The notes: generated from the letters alone by a model not told the origin. A DNA stretch of 64,000 nucleotides from Methanotrichaceae archaeon (GCA_963803145.1 CAWDLW010000017.1:96001-160000); one strand, 5' to 3'; positions 30,116 through 39,721 are shown, numbered from the stretch's first letter. Translations and numbers: made by a program.

Positions 30116-31294
30116 GTGATCACAGCGCTCGCTATTAAGCGGTCGACTTTATCAATTATCATTTGTCTATTAGCTGTCTGCTATAGCGTTCATGCAGAAG
30201 AGGTCAATTCTTCGATGATATTATTATCGCAATTTGAGGAAAGTAAGCTTTATAGGATTGACGGCCTCCCAATTATTCAGTTGTCAGGAAGCTATAGGGA
30301 GATGGGCAGACAAGAAGGAAGTCTTCTCAAAGATCAGCTTCACGAATTCTACAATGAAAGTGTAGTAAATTATTTCATCAGAGAGAAAAATTTTTCATAT
30401 AAGCGGATGGTCATAAAGTCGACGGACGTATTCGGCCGCTATCCCAAGAGATTTAGGGACATACTCGCAGGCATGGCTGAGACTTCAGGAATGTCTCTTG
30501 AGAACTTGACAATTCTCAGCAGGGTTCCTTTCGTTTCGCCGAGCTGCTCGGCACTCTTCGCATGGGGAAATTATTCGCTGGACGAATCAATGGTAGTTGG
30601 CAGAAATGCTGATTTTTATTCGGTTACCAATGATTTCTTGAACTATACGATCATAGTGGTCTACAATCCAACCGACGGCAGTCACTCTGTAGCAACCGTA
30701 TGCCGTCCAGCTCAGCTTCAGATTCATACCGGAATGAACGATCAAGGTCTTTTCCTTGAAGCCAATGACGGATCATCATCAGGAGGCAGCATCTTTTATC
30801 CTGATAGATCCACCTACATTGGATCTTTCCTCTTTGATTGCTCAAATCTCAGGCAGCTCGATGCAGCTGTATTTTCTTCGAGAATCGATTGGGCCACAAT
30901 CTTGAATGTGGCCGATGAAAATACTTCTGTCTCCTACGAGTGGGCAACATTCGATGTCAAGAGGCGTGGACCGAACAGGGACGGCCTGTTGGCCTCAACC
31001 AACCACTTTATGAATCCCGATTGGGGATTTTCTCTGCCATTGGGCGACCCCAATCACACTGTACTTAGATATAGCAATCTCCTTTCGCTGGGAGAGATGT
31101 ACAAAGGCAGATTTGACCCAAAAACCATGATGAAGGTGCTTGATACGCCCCTGGAGAGCGGCGGAGCCACGGGTCCCTACACCCGCCTTCAGGTTGTGGC
31201 AGTTCCATCGACTAGAGAGATGTGGATAAAGGTTCCAAAATACCGGAATTGGACAAAAGTAGATCTGAAGGAGCTCTTCCGATCCCCAAATTGA
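30116..31294 (+). CDS. Secreted peptidase C45-family Ntn-hydrolase (paralog of 16789-18012)
   Basis: GSYREMGRQEG, S|CSALFAWG, GRNAD, TGMNDQG, STNHF. Confidence 0.8.
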   Translation: MITALAIKRSTLSIIICLLAVCYSVHAEEVNSSMILLSQFEESKLYRIDGLPIIQLSGSYREMGRQEGSLLKDQLHEFYNESVVNYFIREKNFSYKRMVIKSTDVFGRYPKRFRDILAGMAETSGMSLENLTILSRVPFVSPSCSALFAWGNYSLDESMVVGRNADFYSVTNDFLNYTIIVVYNPTDGSHSVATVCRPAQLQIHTGMNDQGLFLEANDGSSSGGSIFYPDRSTYIGSFLFDCSNLRQLDAAVFSSRIDWATILNVADENTSVSYEWATFDVKRRGPNRDGLLASTNHFMNPDWGFSLPLGDPNHTVLRYSNLLSLGEMYKGRFDPKTMMKVLDTPLESGGATGPYTRLQVVAVPSTREMWIKVPKYRNWTKVDLKELFRSPN

Positions 31295-31442
31295 GATGAT
31301 TCTAGATGACATGATCCAGGTCCACTCCGTCCAGTTCTGCGCCCCTGGAATTCTGACCCAGATCCTCAAATCCTTCTGCACCGCCGCCACCTGGTAGCTT
31401 GTGGGAAGATCCACCGTCTGGAGAGGTCCACCCTTAGACAAT
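31290..31442 (-). pseudogene. 3' fragment duplicating the end of C45 gene 16789-18012
   Basis: LSKGGPLQTVDLPTSYQVAAVQKDLRIWVRIPGAQNWTE versus LSKGGPLQTEELPTSYQVVAVPKDLKIWVRIPGVQNWTE; frameshift near end. Confidence 0.85.
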
Positions 31443-31599
31443 TGGGGTAACGGCGATTGCATGGATCTCCTCCATCTCAAGACCCACAAAGCGTAGAGGT
31501 TACATCCCAACAACATAACCCCCAAATTACACGCCCTACAAATCTCCCATCCATTTTAAAGCAAGCTCCCTACCAATGGTTATCACCTCCCTTCAGGTT

Positions 31600-32140
31600 G
31601 GCTTGCACGCTATCGATCCCTGCCACCGTAACCGTGTTATTCGTTACCATAGTCCATAATCAGCTCTCTCATTGGGCAGAGCCACCAATAATTTTGAACT
31701 AACTGATCAATAACATGAACGCCGTTCTCAGTATTGATGATTGGAAACTCGCATCCTGCAAAGATTTTTCTGGAGGCATCATCGAGTATCACTCACACTT
31801 TTAGACCAGTACGATCATCTTCATGCCAATCGATATGTCCTGCGGTCTTACTGTGCTCGGCCCGCGCTCATATCTCACTCACTTTCGACGCTTCTGTTTA
31901 TTGGGGCCCTGGACCGATAGCCCCTGAGACATGAGATACATGTGGATTCTATTATAATCTTGAGCTTATACGTCTTCTTGATAACTACTTCGAGCATTCC
32001 CGCGCCGAACTTGAACTGCAGGTAAGCCTCTTTTATGATCAGTGCTTCTGTTTCGTCATAGGATTTTCGAGGACGACCAACGCACATTAGATGATATTTT
32101 TGATACAAACACAAGGTTGGTTTATCGGAGTCTAATGAGA
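31600..32140 (-). mobile_element. Degenerate IS481-like (integrase-core) transposase remnant
   Basis: Minus strand GRPRK...FKFGAGML, NKQKRRK*VRYER, GHIDWHE, VILDDASRKI with stops and frameshifts; boundaries approximate. Confidence 0.7.
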
Positions 32141-32429
32141 CCACGATTTTTAAATATTAAGTTAGATATTTGTCTAAATGGGTTCGCGGATGGCAAGAAC
32201 TCTATCCAAAAGCAAAGATGTAGAAATATCTCAAATTTTTCAATTGGATACGTGCCAGTTTCACAGTGCATCTGCTTACGTTTATCTCTAAACAATCCTA
32301 TTAGTGATAATCATCTTTCCAATATCTCTTGATGAATATATAAAACCAAAACATTCGGAACTATACAATATAAACCAATCAGGGCAATAATTTAAATAGT
32401 TAATCAATATGTTTACTCAGGAGGAAACT

Positions 32430-32774
32430 ATGAAGAAAATAATATATATAATTGCAATTCTGCTAGCAGGAGTCATAGCAGCTGGAATAGCCTCAAGCGA
32501 CTCGTATAATACCCCAACGGCAACTACCGTTAGGCAGATCATTGCCCATCCCATTGATGGTATGCATGTGACATTAACAGGGCAAGTTACGCAGAGCCTA
32601 GGTTATAGACACTACATGTTCTCTGATGGGACAGGGACGATAATGCTGGATCCCGACCACGATTTTCCCTCTTCCTACTTCCCGCTAAATACGAAGCTGG
32701 TCGTCATGGGAGAGGTTGACCACGAGGACGGAGTTCTAGAAGTTGATGTTGATTGGGTGACTGCAGCGAGCTAA
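32430..32774 (+). CDS. Secreted bacterial OB-fold (BOF, YgiW/YdeI-like) protein
   Basis: TTV, VTLTG, YMFSDGTGTI, V-x-GEVD, EVDVD; RBS AGGAGG. Confidence 0.8.
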   Translation: MKKIIYIIAILLAGVIAAGIASSDSYNTPTATTVRQIIAHPIDGMHVTLTGQVTQSLGYRHYMFSDGTGTIMLDPDHDFPSSYFPLNTKLVVMGEVDHEDGVLEVDVDWVTAAS

Positions 32775-33298
32775 GATTCTGAGATGCATTTGAACGGGAA
32801 ACTCATGCTATTAGCATTGAATGAGAGTCCCTGAAAAAAATCGCCGCGTTCCTTTGGGTATTTCCTGTTCAAGGCCAAAACATGATAAATATCTTTATTT
32901 TTACCCTGATCCTTAATAATTATAATAACCGATGCCCTCATCCTTTAGTGGAACCAGTGGCAGGATCACTCGGGCAAAAGTGGCTAGACCACGAGTATAA
33001 CCGTCGATAATTTCATCTGGATGACAGCGACAGAGATAGAGATAACAGCAAGCTGAAAAAAAGAGTAGCTATCCTCCATATATTTTTGACTTTAAATTCA
33101 TGCGATCGAGTCCGGAGCGTATGAGAAATAGACCAATATTCCACATACCGACTTTACACTTTTATTAGATGATGTACTCAAGTCCTATGTATACACTTAA
33201 AGTCAAAAAAGAGTTCAATACAAGACCCATAAAAAACAAAAACTTTATATACCCCCTAATCCACAATTACATCAAAAATATATATGGACTGATGGAGT

Positions 33299-35122
33299 AT
33301 GAGGGCTTATAAGTTTTTCCAGGTCTTGCTGGCTCTTATTTTATTAGCCGGTTTATCGGTAGGTCAAGAACAGAATACGAGCACAGATCAGCCAAATGCT
33401 GGCCCAATTACAGTCAACTACAACGGTACTGCAATTCCAGATCATGTCACATTATCCTGGGTCCGAGACCCTATGACGACCCGGACCGTGACCTGGAGAA
33501 CGGGTATTACTGTCAATAAAGGTGTAGTCCAATACAGCGACAATCCTGGGCTTCGTCATCCGCTGTCTGTCACGGCTTATGTACGCAGACTGAAGGCAGA
33601 TCTTTGTGATGAGAACATCTACAATGCCACACTTATAGGTTTAAGGCCTGGAACCCGGTATTACTATAGGGTTGGTGATGGGACGACGAAAAATTGGAGC
33701 TCCATATACTTCTTTGACATCGAGAAAAAACTTAACCCAATGACTTATAGTTTGAAGTTTTTGGTCTTTGGGGACACCCAAGCCAAGGATGAAAATTCCC
33801 CGTATTATAGTCTTTGGGATCGCACGGTCCACAACGCATATGCGCTCAACCCTGACGCCAGGTTTTTTACAGTAGTGGGCGATCTTGCGCAATCAAGCCT
33901 AAGCAATCCCAACTGGAACCTCTGGTTCAATGCAGCTAAAGGCGTTATTGATAGAATTACATTTATGCCAGTCGAAGGAAACACCGAGTGCAAAATGATG
34001 AATAAGCCGAAGGATAAGGAACATGGAGAGCCAGCCATATATACAGGTCAGTTCAACGTGCCGAAAAATGGTCCTTTTAAAAACTGTGAAGCATATTCGT
34101 ACGACTATGGAGATGTGCACTTCGTGGTGCTGGATAGTCAGCTCAGGGAGACAATTAAAACCCGCCCGGATCTGCTAGGAATACAAGCGAGTTGGTTGGA
34201 AAATGATCTAAGGCAGACCACGAAGAAATGGAAAGTGGTCTTCTGGCATAAACCAACCTATCCCACCAGGGCTTATAGAACAAACGAGGGAATCAAAGCC
34301 AATTTTACCTCGATCATCGATAAGTATCATGTGGATGTGGTATTCAACGGCCACGACCATGCTTATGCCCGAACCTATCCCATCAACAATGATGAGATAG
34401 TCGGCTCTCCGGCATTGGGCACGGTTTATGTAGTAACGGGAAGAAGCGGTGAGAAGGACATTCCAGATAATGAGCGTAAAGCATGGGATGTTGACTTCTT
34501 TAGCTCGCAGGATATGCCGAACTACATTGTCGTAACTGTCAGCAACTCCCAGATGAATATAAAGGCATACAAGATGGATGGAACGCTCATTGATAATTAC
34601 ATCATCGATAAGAAGAACGGAGACACGTCTAAGACAGTCATACCTTCCAGGTATAATGATACTCAGTTAGCCGTCAATGGTGATTTGCTCAATCAGCTTT
34701 TGATGCCGGAAACCAAAGACCCGACTTTCCCGTACCAGATCAATGGCAAGTGGTACTTCCCAATCAAGCCGGTGGTGGAGTTCCTTGGCGGCAACGAGTC
34801 GTCAGTTTCAGCCGATAATGAGAACCTGTCACTTAGTGTGAAGAATAACGAGAGTAGCAAAATCTGGAAGAAAAATAAAATCCATACTGTCTTCTTGACC
34901 AATACCAGCACCAAAGCAATCGTTGACAAAAACAAGGAGAAACCCATCGAGATCACACTTCCAGATCCTGTCATGGTCGTGAGGGATGATGACACAAAAG
35001 TACCGGTCTTTCTCATCTCTGCCGATGATATGCACACGCTCTTCGGCTTCACCTGGAGGTACGACCCGAACTGGAACGTGCTGTTCTTGATCAACCCCGG
35101 TAAGAATGGGGAAGGAGTGTGA
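33299..35122 (+). CDS. Secreted purple-acid-phosphatase-like metallophosphoesterase with N-terminal FN3 and C-terminal accessory domain
   Basis: GLRPGTRYYYRVG, FGDTQ, VGDL, GNTE, WH-x-P-x-Y, NGHDHAYAR. Confidence 0.85.
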   Translation: MRAYKFFQVLLALILLAGLSVGQEQNTSTDQPNAGPITVNYNGTAIPDHVTLSWVRDPMTTRTVTWRTGITVNKGVVQYSDNPGLRHPLSVTAYVRRLKADLCDENIYNATLIGLRPGTRYYYRVGDGTTKNWSSIYFFDIEKKLNPMTYSLKFLVFGDTQAKDENSPYYSLWDRTVHNAYALNPDARFFTVVGDLAQSSLSNPNWNLWFNAAKGVIDRITFMPVEGNTECKMMNKPKDKEHGEPAIYTGQFNVPKNGPFKNCEAYSYDYGDVHFVVLDSQLRETIKTRPDLLGIQASWLENDLRQTTKKWKVVFWHKPTYPTRAYRTNEGIKANFTSIIDKYHVDVVFNGHDHAYARTYPINNDEIVGSPALGTVYVVTGRSGEKDIPDNERKAWDVDFFSSQDMPNYIVVTVSNSQMNIKAYKMDGTLIDNYIIDKKNGDTSKTVIPSRYNDTQLAVNGDLLNQLLMPETKDPTFPYQINGKWYFPIKPVVEFLGGNESSVSADNENLSLSVKNNESSKIWKKNKIHTVFLTNTSTKAIVDKNKEKPIEITLPDPVMVVRDDDTKVPVFLISADDMHTLFGFTWRYDPNWNVLFLINPGKNGEGV

Positions 35123-35344
35123 TAAGATCCTTGGTATACTTCACCCATTGCGCTATCAAAGTTGGGTCTTAATATCGCCAGGACCCAACTGAGATGGTAG
35201 ATCGGAGATGATTGGGCGAGACTTGATTTCGCCTCGCATTTGAATAATTTTTGCATAGATCATTCTCATGATAGTAGAACAAAATAGGCCGACAAGCCGG
35301 ATGGGCCTGCCGACCACTTAATCAATCTTGTCTATTTAGCAGTC

Positions 35345-35589
35345 CTAGGAAGACTGCTGGTTGCTGCCGGCTAGGCTATTCCCTGAATAATCTGTGGCAT
35401 CAACGCCAGAATTGCCACCATCTAGCCTGTTGCACAAACATTGGTTATTAACCCAATGGCGCCCGGGATTCATCATGCATTGCTGTACTGGATCCGGTCC
35501 GGGTGTTGGATTGGGCACCGGTCCGGCATGGGCTCCGGGTTCGGGTTAGGTACCGGTCCCGGTAGACATTGACATTGCCCATCTGGAGA
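35345..35589 (-). pseudogene. Remnant Cys4/Pro tail homologous to the C-terminus of 18131-19150
   Basis: DGQCQCLPGPVPNPNPEPMP, 1-nt deletion, then GPVPNPTPGPDPVQQCMMNPGRHWVNNQCLC...LAGSNQQSS-stop (versus MAGSTQQSS-stop). Confidence 0.8.
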
Positions 35590-36159
35590 TCATCCGATAT
35601 GTAGTACTTGGCGTGATGGATATTGCGGATATTGCGGATACTCTTGGGCACAGCAGAGAACCTCGTAGCTGTAGACCTTGATCTCTCTTCCACCATAGGC
35701 TATATTCGCGCCTCCGAACGCCGGACGTACTTTTCCTATTTGCAGGCCTCCCGCATACCACGCTCTAGCTGCGTAGAGATACTCACCATTCGTGTCATAT
35801 CCACAGACAACCGCACCTGCTGGGATGGCACCGCCGGATGCCGAAATCCATGTTCCTCCGCCGCAGTAGACCTCGTATGGATTGACTTTGACCTCATTGT
35901 CGCCGTAAGGAATATTTGCACTTCTAAATTCAGCGCGCACTTTTCCCGGATGTAGTCCGCCGTTGTAATATGCTCTCGCAAGATACAGCGGAGTTCCGTC
36001 TGCTTCATTTCCGCATACTACAGCCCCGTAAGGAATGCCTCCATCCGAGTCCGAAACCCACTGGACCTGGCAGCTATCCGAACTCTGAGAACATCCGATA
36101 TCGGATGATAATACTATAGCTGCCAGTAGAAATAGCGAAGCAACAATTACCTTTATCAT
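35590..36159 (-). CDS. Secreted DM9-repeat (lectin-like) protein
   Basis: Two repeats W...G.IP.GAV.CG...G..LY.ARA...GG...GKV......ANI.YG..E.....YEV. Confidence 0.85.
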   Translation of the reverse strand: MIKVIVASLFLLAAIVLSSDIGCSQSSDSCQVQWVSDSDGGIPYGAVVCGNEADGTPLYLARAYYNGGLHPGKVRAEFRSANIPYGDNEVKVNPYEVYCGGGTWISASGGAIPAGAVVCGYDTNGEYLYAARAWYAGGLQIGKVRPAFGGANIAYGGREIKVYSYEVLCCAQEYPQYPQYPSRQVLHIG

Positions 36160-36276
36160 ATTTCCATCCGCCTCATATAATTATGTATATGTTGTATGCT
36201 TTGTAAGGTTTTTGGGCAAAAGTCTACCAAATTGAATTCGACACCTTTATCGATCGTGTGATGGTCATGAGGCTCG

Positions 36277-36301
36277 GCTGCTGAAAAATATTTTCAGCAG
36301 C
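36277..36301. terminator. Perfect 11-bp inverted repeat (possible hairpin/terminator)
   Basis: GCTGCTGAAAA-ATA-TTTTCAGCAGC, 43 bp downstream of 36344-36778. Confidence 0.4.
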
Positions 36302-36343
36302 TTGCTCAAAGACCAAAACTTCACTGGTGGCACCTCTATTTCT

Positions 36344-36778
36344 TCATCCTACAACCGTAAATGCATTCGGTTGGTCAACTTGATCCAGCAGGTCGTATAG
36401 TTGACCGGTATTGCTGTCATAATATCCATATACAGCAAATTCTGCTTGATAGCTGCTCAACATTGCATCATAAGGAATATACCATCGAGGGTTTGCAAAC
36501 CATGTAGAGCTGTCACCAGGGTCAGCCCATACGGATACGGGGGGCGCAGTGTACCATTGACCTCTTCTATCCATCACTGAGTAGCTTATCCAAAATTGAT
36601 GACCCAAATCACCTGTATTTTTTATCCAAACATTGGCGTCGCACTGAGTCTCCCCTCTATGCCAGTTCCCAGATGGAAAGTCCTGGTCGGCTATACTGGC
36701 ACCGATATTTGATGCACTTACAGATCCCACACTCATGCATAGTATTAATAAAAGAATTCCTATCAAAGCTCCTTTCAT
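36344..36778 (-). CDS. Secreted single Ig-like domain protein, paralog of 23680-24114
   Basis: Signal peptide; IKNTG, FWI, PGDS, QPNAF. Confidence 0.72.
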   Translation of the reverse strand: MKGALIGILLLILCMSVGSVSASNIGASIADQDFPSGNWHRGETQCDANVWIKNTGDLGHQFWISYSVMDRRGQWYTAPPVSVWADPGDSSTWFANPRWYIPYDAMLSSYQAEFAVYGYYDSNTGQLYDLLDQVDQPNAFTVVG

Positions 36779-36987
36779 GCTTCAACACCTCCGGACAGGT
36801 TTTTTATAGCAGCTTTTAATTTTGAGACAGTCATTACAACTATTTAAGGATTCCTAAGATGCCGCCAATTCCACACACGTTTGCTCTATAATGAATTGCT
36901 TGCTCAGCCTCATATTTGCAGTCCAACGCACATTTTGCTAATCCATTGAGGAAAGTTTAAATCTGCCTGATCGATTTATAGGCCGTC

Positions 36988-38385
36988 ATGTCTCTGAATG
37001 ACCAGGACGAGAATTATCCACTTTTGGCCACGGACCTCTATGAGCTTACCATGGCCAAGGGATATCTCGACAGCGGCATGGAGAATAAATCAGCTACCTT
37101 TGACTTATTTGTAAGAGACCTTCCTGCGCATTGGGGGTTTTTGTTAGCTAATGGCGTCGAGGATGCCATAGATTTTTTAACTGAAGCATTTTCAATTCGG
37201 CCCGAGGATCTGGCTTATCTGAGAGATCAGAGATTTCCGGAATATTTTCTTGAATTTCTGACAGATCTCAGATTTACGGGAGATGTCTGGGCAGTTCCTG
37301 AGGGTGCTCCTGTAGCTGCCAACACTCCTATTATCCGTGTTACTGCTCCGCTGATCCAGGCACAGTTGGCAGAGACGGCCCTCTTGAATATGGTCAACTT
37401 CCAAATGCTGATCGCCACCAAAGCCAATAGAATAGTCCGAGCTGCGGCAGGAGCTACTGTAGTTGACTTTGGACTCCGGCGTGCTCAGGGCTACGATGCC
37501 GGGCTGAAAGGGGCCCGGGCAGCTTTCATAGGAGGATGCTGGGGGACATCCAACGTTGATGCCGGAAGAATATACGACATACCTATTAGCGGCACTCAGG
37601 CCCATTCATGGGTGATGGCGTTTTCATCTGAGCTAGACGCCTTCCGAGCCTATGCCAACTCATTCCAGGATAACGTTACGCTGCTGATAGATACTTATGA
37701 CGTAATTCAGGGAGCAAAAAACGCTGCAGTGGTTGCCAAAGAGCTTGAAGCCAAGGGGCACCGGCTAAATGCAGTCAGGATAGACTCGGGGGACCTTGGA
37801 AAGCTGGCTGAAGAAGTGAGAGCCATTCTGGATCAAGACGGTCTGAGGTATGTAAAGATTGTAGGGACTAGCGATTTGAATGAGTTTAAGATAAGTGAGC
37901 TGGTGGCGAATAGGGCCAAAATAGATATCTACGGCGTAGGAACTGAGTTGATCACCGGAAAGCCCGTAGCAGCGCTGTCAGGCGTCTACAAGCTAGCCCA
38001 AATCGAAGATCGTCCGGTGATTAAACTATCCAGCGATAAGGCGACTTATCCGGGAATTAAGCAGGTTTACAGACTTATTGATGCTAAAGGTATCTACAAA
38101 GAGGATCTTCTGGCCCTTGAGGGAGAACAGGTTCAGAGATGTTTGGAAAACGGTTCACAGGACGATCTTAGCGCAGTTCCAATGCTCAGGCAGACGATAG
38201 CTCATGGGAGACGCATTTTGCCTAGAGAGAATATTCACAAAATTCAGCGGTATGTGGCGGAATGCGTATCAAAGATGCCGCAATCATCACTGAAAATTAT
38301 AGAACCAACGCCTTATGTTTCATTGCCGTCTCAGGGTTTGAAGCAATTGATAGAGAATCTCAAACGCAAATATGAGATCCAATAA
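36988..38385 (+). CDS. pncB: Nicotinate phosphoribosyltransferase
   Basis: TDLYELTM, DFGLRRAQ, GTSNV, GTQAHSW, LIDTYD, VRIDSGDL. Confidence 0.93.
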   Translation: MSLNDQDENYPLLATDLYELTMAKGYLDSGMENKSATFDLFVRDLPAHWGFLLANGVEDAIDFLTEAFSIRPEDLAYLRDQRFPEYFLEFLTDLRFTGDVWAVPEGAPVAANTPIIRVTAPLIQAQLAETALLNMVNFQMLIATKANRIVRAAAGATVVDFGLRRAQGYDAGLKGARAAFIGGCWGTSNVDAGRIYDIPISGTQAHSWVMAFSSELDAFRAYANSFQDNVTLLIDTYDVIQGAKNAAVVAKELEAKGHRLNAVRIDSGDLGKLAEEVRAILDQDGLRYVKIVGTSDLNEFKISELVANRAKIDIYGVGTELITGKPVAALSGVYKLAQIEDRPVIKLSSDKATYPGIKQVYRLIDAKGIYKEDLLALEGEQVQRCLENGSQDDLSAVPMLRQTIAHGRRILPRENIHKIQRYVAECVSKMPQSSLKIIEPTPYVSLPSQGLKQLIENLKRKYEIQ

Positions 38386-38466
38386 ATCATGAAATCCAGA
38401 TAGAAAAGAGCTGGAAAATGAAAAGGCTCGACAACGTTTTATTAATTCACGTACACATTAAATGTC

Positions 38467-39078
38467 ATGCTTACCTTGGAAGAAGGGAAGATTGCAGTCA
38501 GACTCGCTAGAGACGCGCTTACAAACTACATCCAAAATAAAAAGATAACTCAGCCAAAGGGACTTCCGCCGGTATTCGACGAGAAGCGTGGAGTGTTTGT
38601 AACAATCCATGAGGAAGGAGAACTAAGGGGCTGCATTGGCTATCCTGAGCCCGTATTGCCTTTAGGCAAAGCGATTGTTGATTCGGCGATCAATGCAAGC
38701 TCACGAGATCCGAGGTTCCCGCCCGTCAGGCCAGGTGAGCTTCCACGATTAGAGGTTGAGGTAACAATCCTGACAAAGCCTGCGCCCTATGATGTGCCCA
38801 AGACGAAGCTGCCTGAAGTAGTGAAAATCGGCAGAGATGGCTTGATAGTCTCCAAAAGTATGTATTCCGGGCTGCTATTGCCACAGGTGGCGCCTGAGTG
38901 GGGCTGGGATTCTATGGAGTTCCTGAGTCAGACCTGCCTGAAGGCTGGCCTCCCAGCTGATGCATGGCTTGACGAGGATACAGAGGTCCTTCACTTCGAG
39001 GCGCAGATCTTCGCTGAGGTGGCGCCAGGGCGAGAGATCTTCGAGAAGACCTATGCTGATACTAGCTGCGGCACTTGA
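38467..39078 (+). CDS. AMMECR1-domain protein (TIGR00296-like)
   Basis: GVFVT, LRGCIG, DPRF, GLLLPQV, CLKAGL. Confidence 0.9.
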   Translation: MLTLEEGKIAVRLARDALTNYIQNKKITQPKGLPPVFDEKRGVFVTIHEEGELRGCIGYPEPVLPLGKAIVDSAINASSRDPRFPPVRPGELPRLEVEVTILTKPAPYDVPKTKLPEVVKIGRDGLIVSKSMYSGLLLPQVAPEWGWDSMEFLSQTCLKAGLPADAWLDEDTEVLHFEAQIFAEVAPGREIFEKTYADTSCGT

Positions 39079-39316
39079 CTGCTATTCCGTGAAAGCTAAT
39101 TGATGGTGTTGAGCTTTGCTGAGATATTATTTTTAATGGATATTTTGCGATTTAATTCCTACCGCCGCTAATATTAGTTCAATGACATCATGTTCAAACT
39201 TCTTTGCTATCTACAAGGACTGCCAGAAAAGGTTCAAGAATTTATTTTAACTCCCTCTATTGATTTCTGGATGATTCTCGGGAAAATTTATAATGGAAAT
39301 ATGCTTTACGACGCAC

Positions 39317-39721
39317 ATGAAAAGGATTTGGTGCTTAGTATTATTGGTCTTTTTGGCCATGGGAATCTGTACGGCGAAAGTTCCTGACCTAGTGGGGAAC
39401 TGGACTGGCTTAGGGACTGGATATTTTGCAGAAAACGGTTCCTACAAAATGAATGAAAACGGGAGCATTGGCTATGCTATTACAGAACAAAAGGACAGGC
39501 TCTTTAAAGGGAATATAACATATACGCTGAACGGAACAGGGATCGTTGAAGGTTTTGCCGGAGCAATTGGTCTCGACAACAAGACTCTCTACCTTGCCGA
39601 ATATGATAAGGGATATGATATGGGTACAATCATTTCTAGCGATGAAATCGAGTTCATATATATTGAAGATGGAGACTCAGGGTGGGCTGCTATTAATAAG
39701 CTTCACCGGATAAAGGCATAA
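39317..39721 (+). CDS. Secreted hypothetical protein
   Basis: Signal peptide, VPDLVGNWTG, ITEQKDRLFKG. Confidence 0.7.
   Translation: MKRIWCLVLLVFLAMGICTAKVPDLVGNWTGLGTGYFAENGSYKMNENGSIGYAITEQKDRLFKGNITYTLNGTGIVEGFAGAIGLDNKTLYLAEYDKGYDMGTIISSDEIEFIYIEDGDSGWAAINKLHRIKA

Noticed and set aside
35590-35592. Selenocysteine at the DM9 TGA
   Set aside because: The downstream tail is frameshifted and decayed, and no SECIS or Sec machinery is visible.
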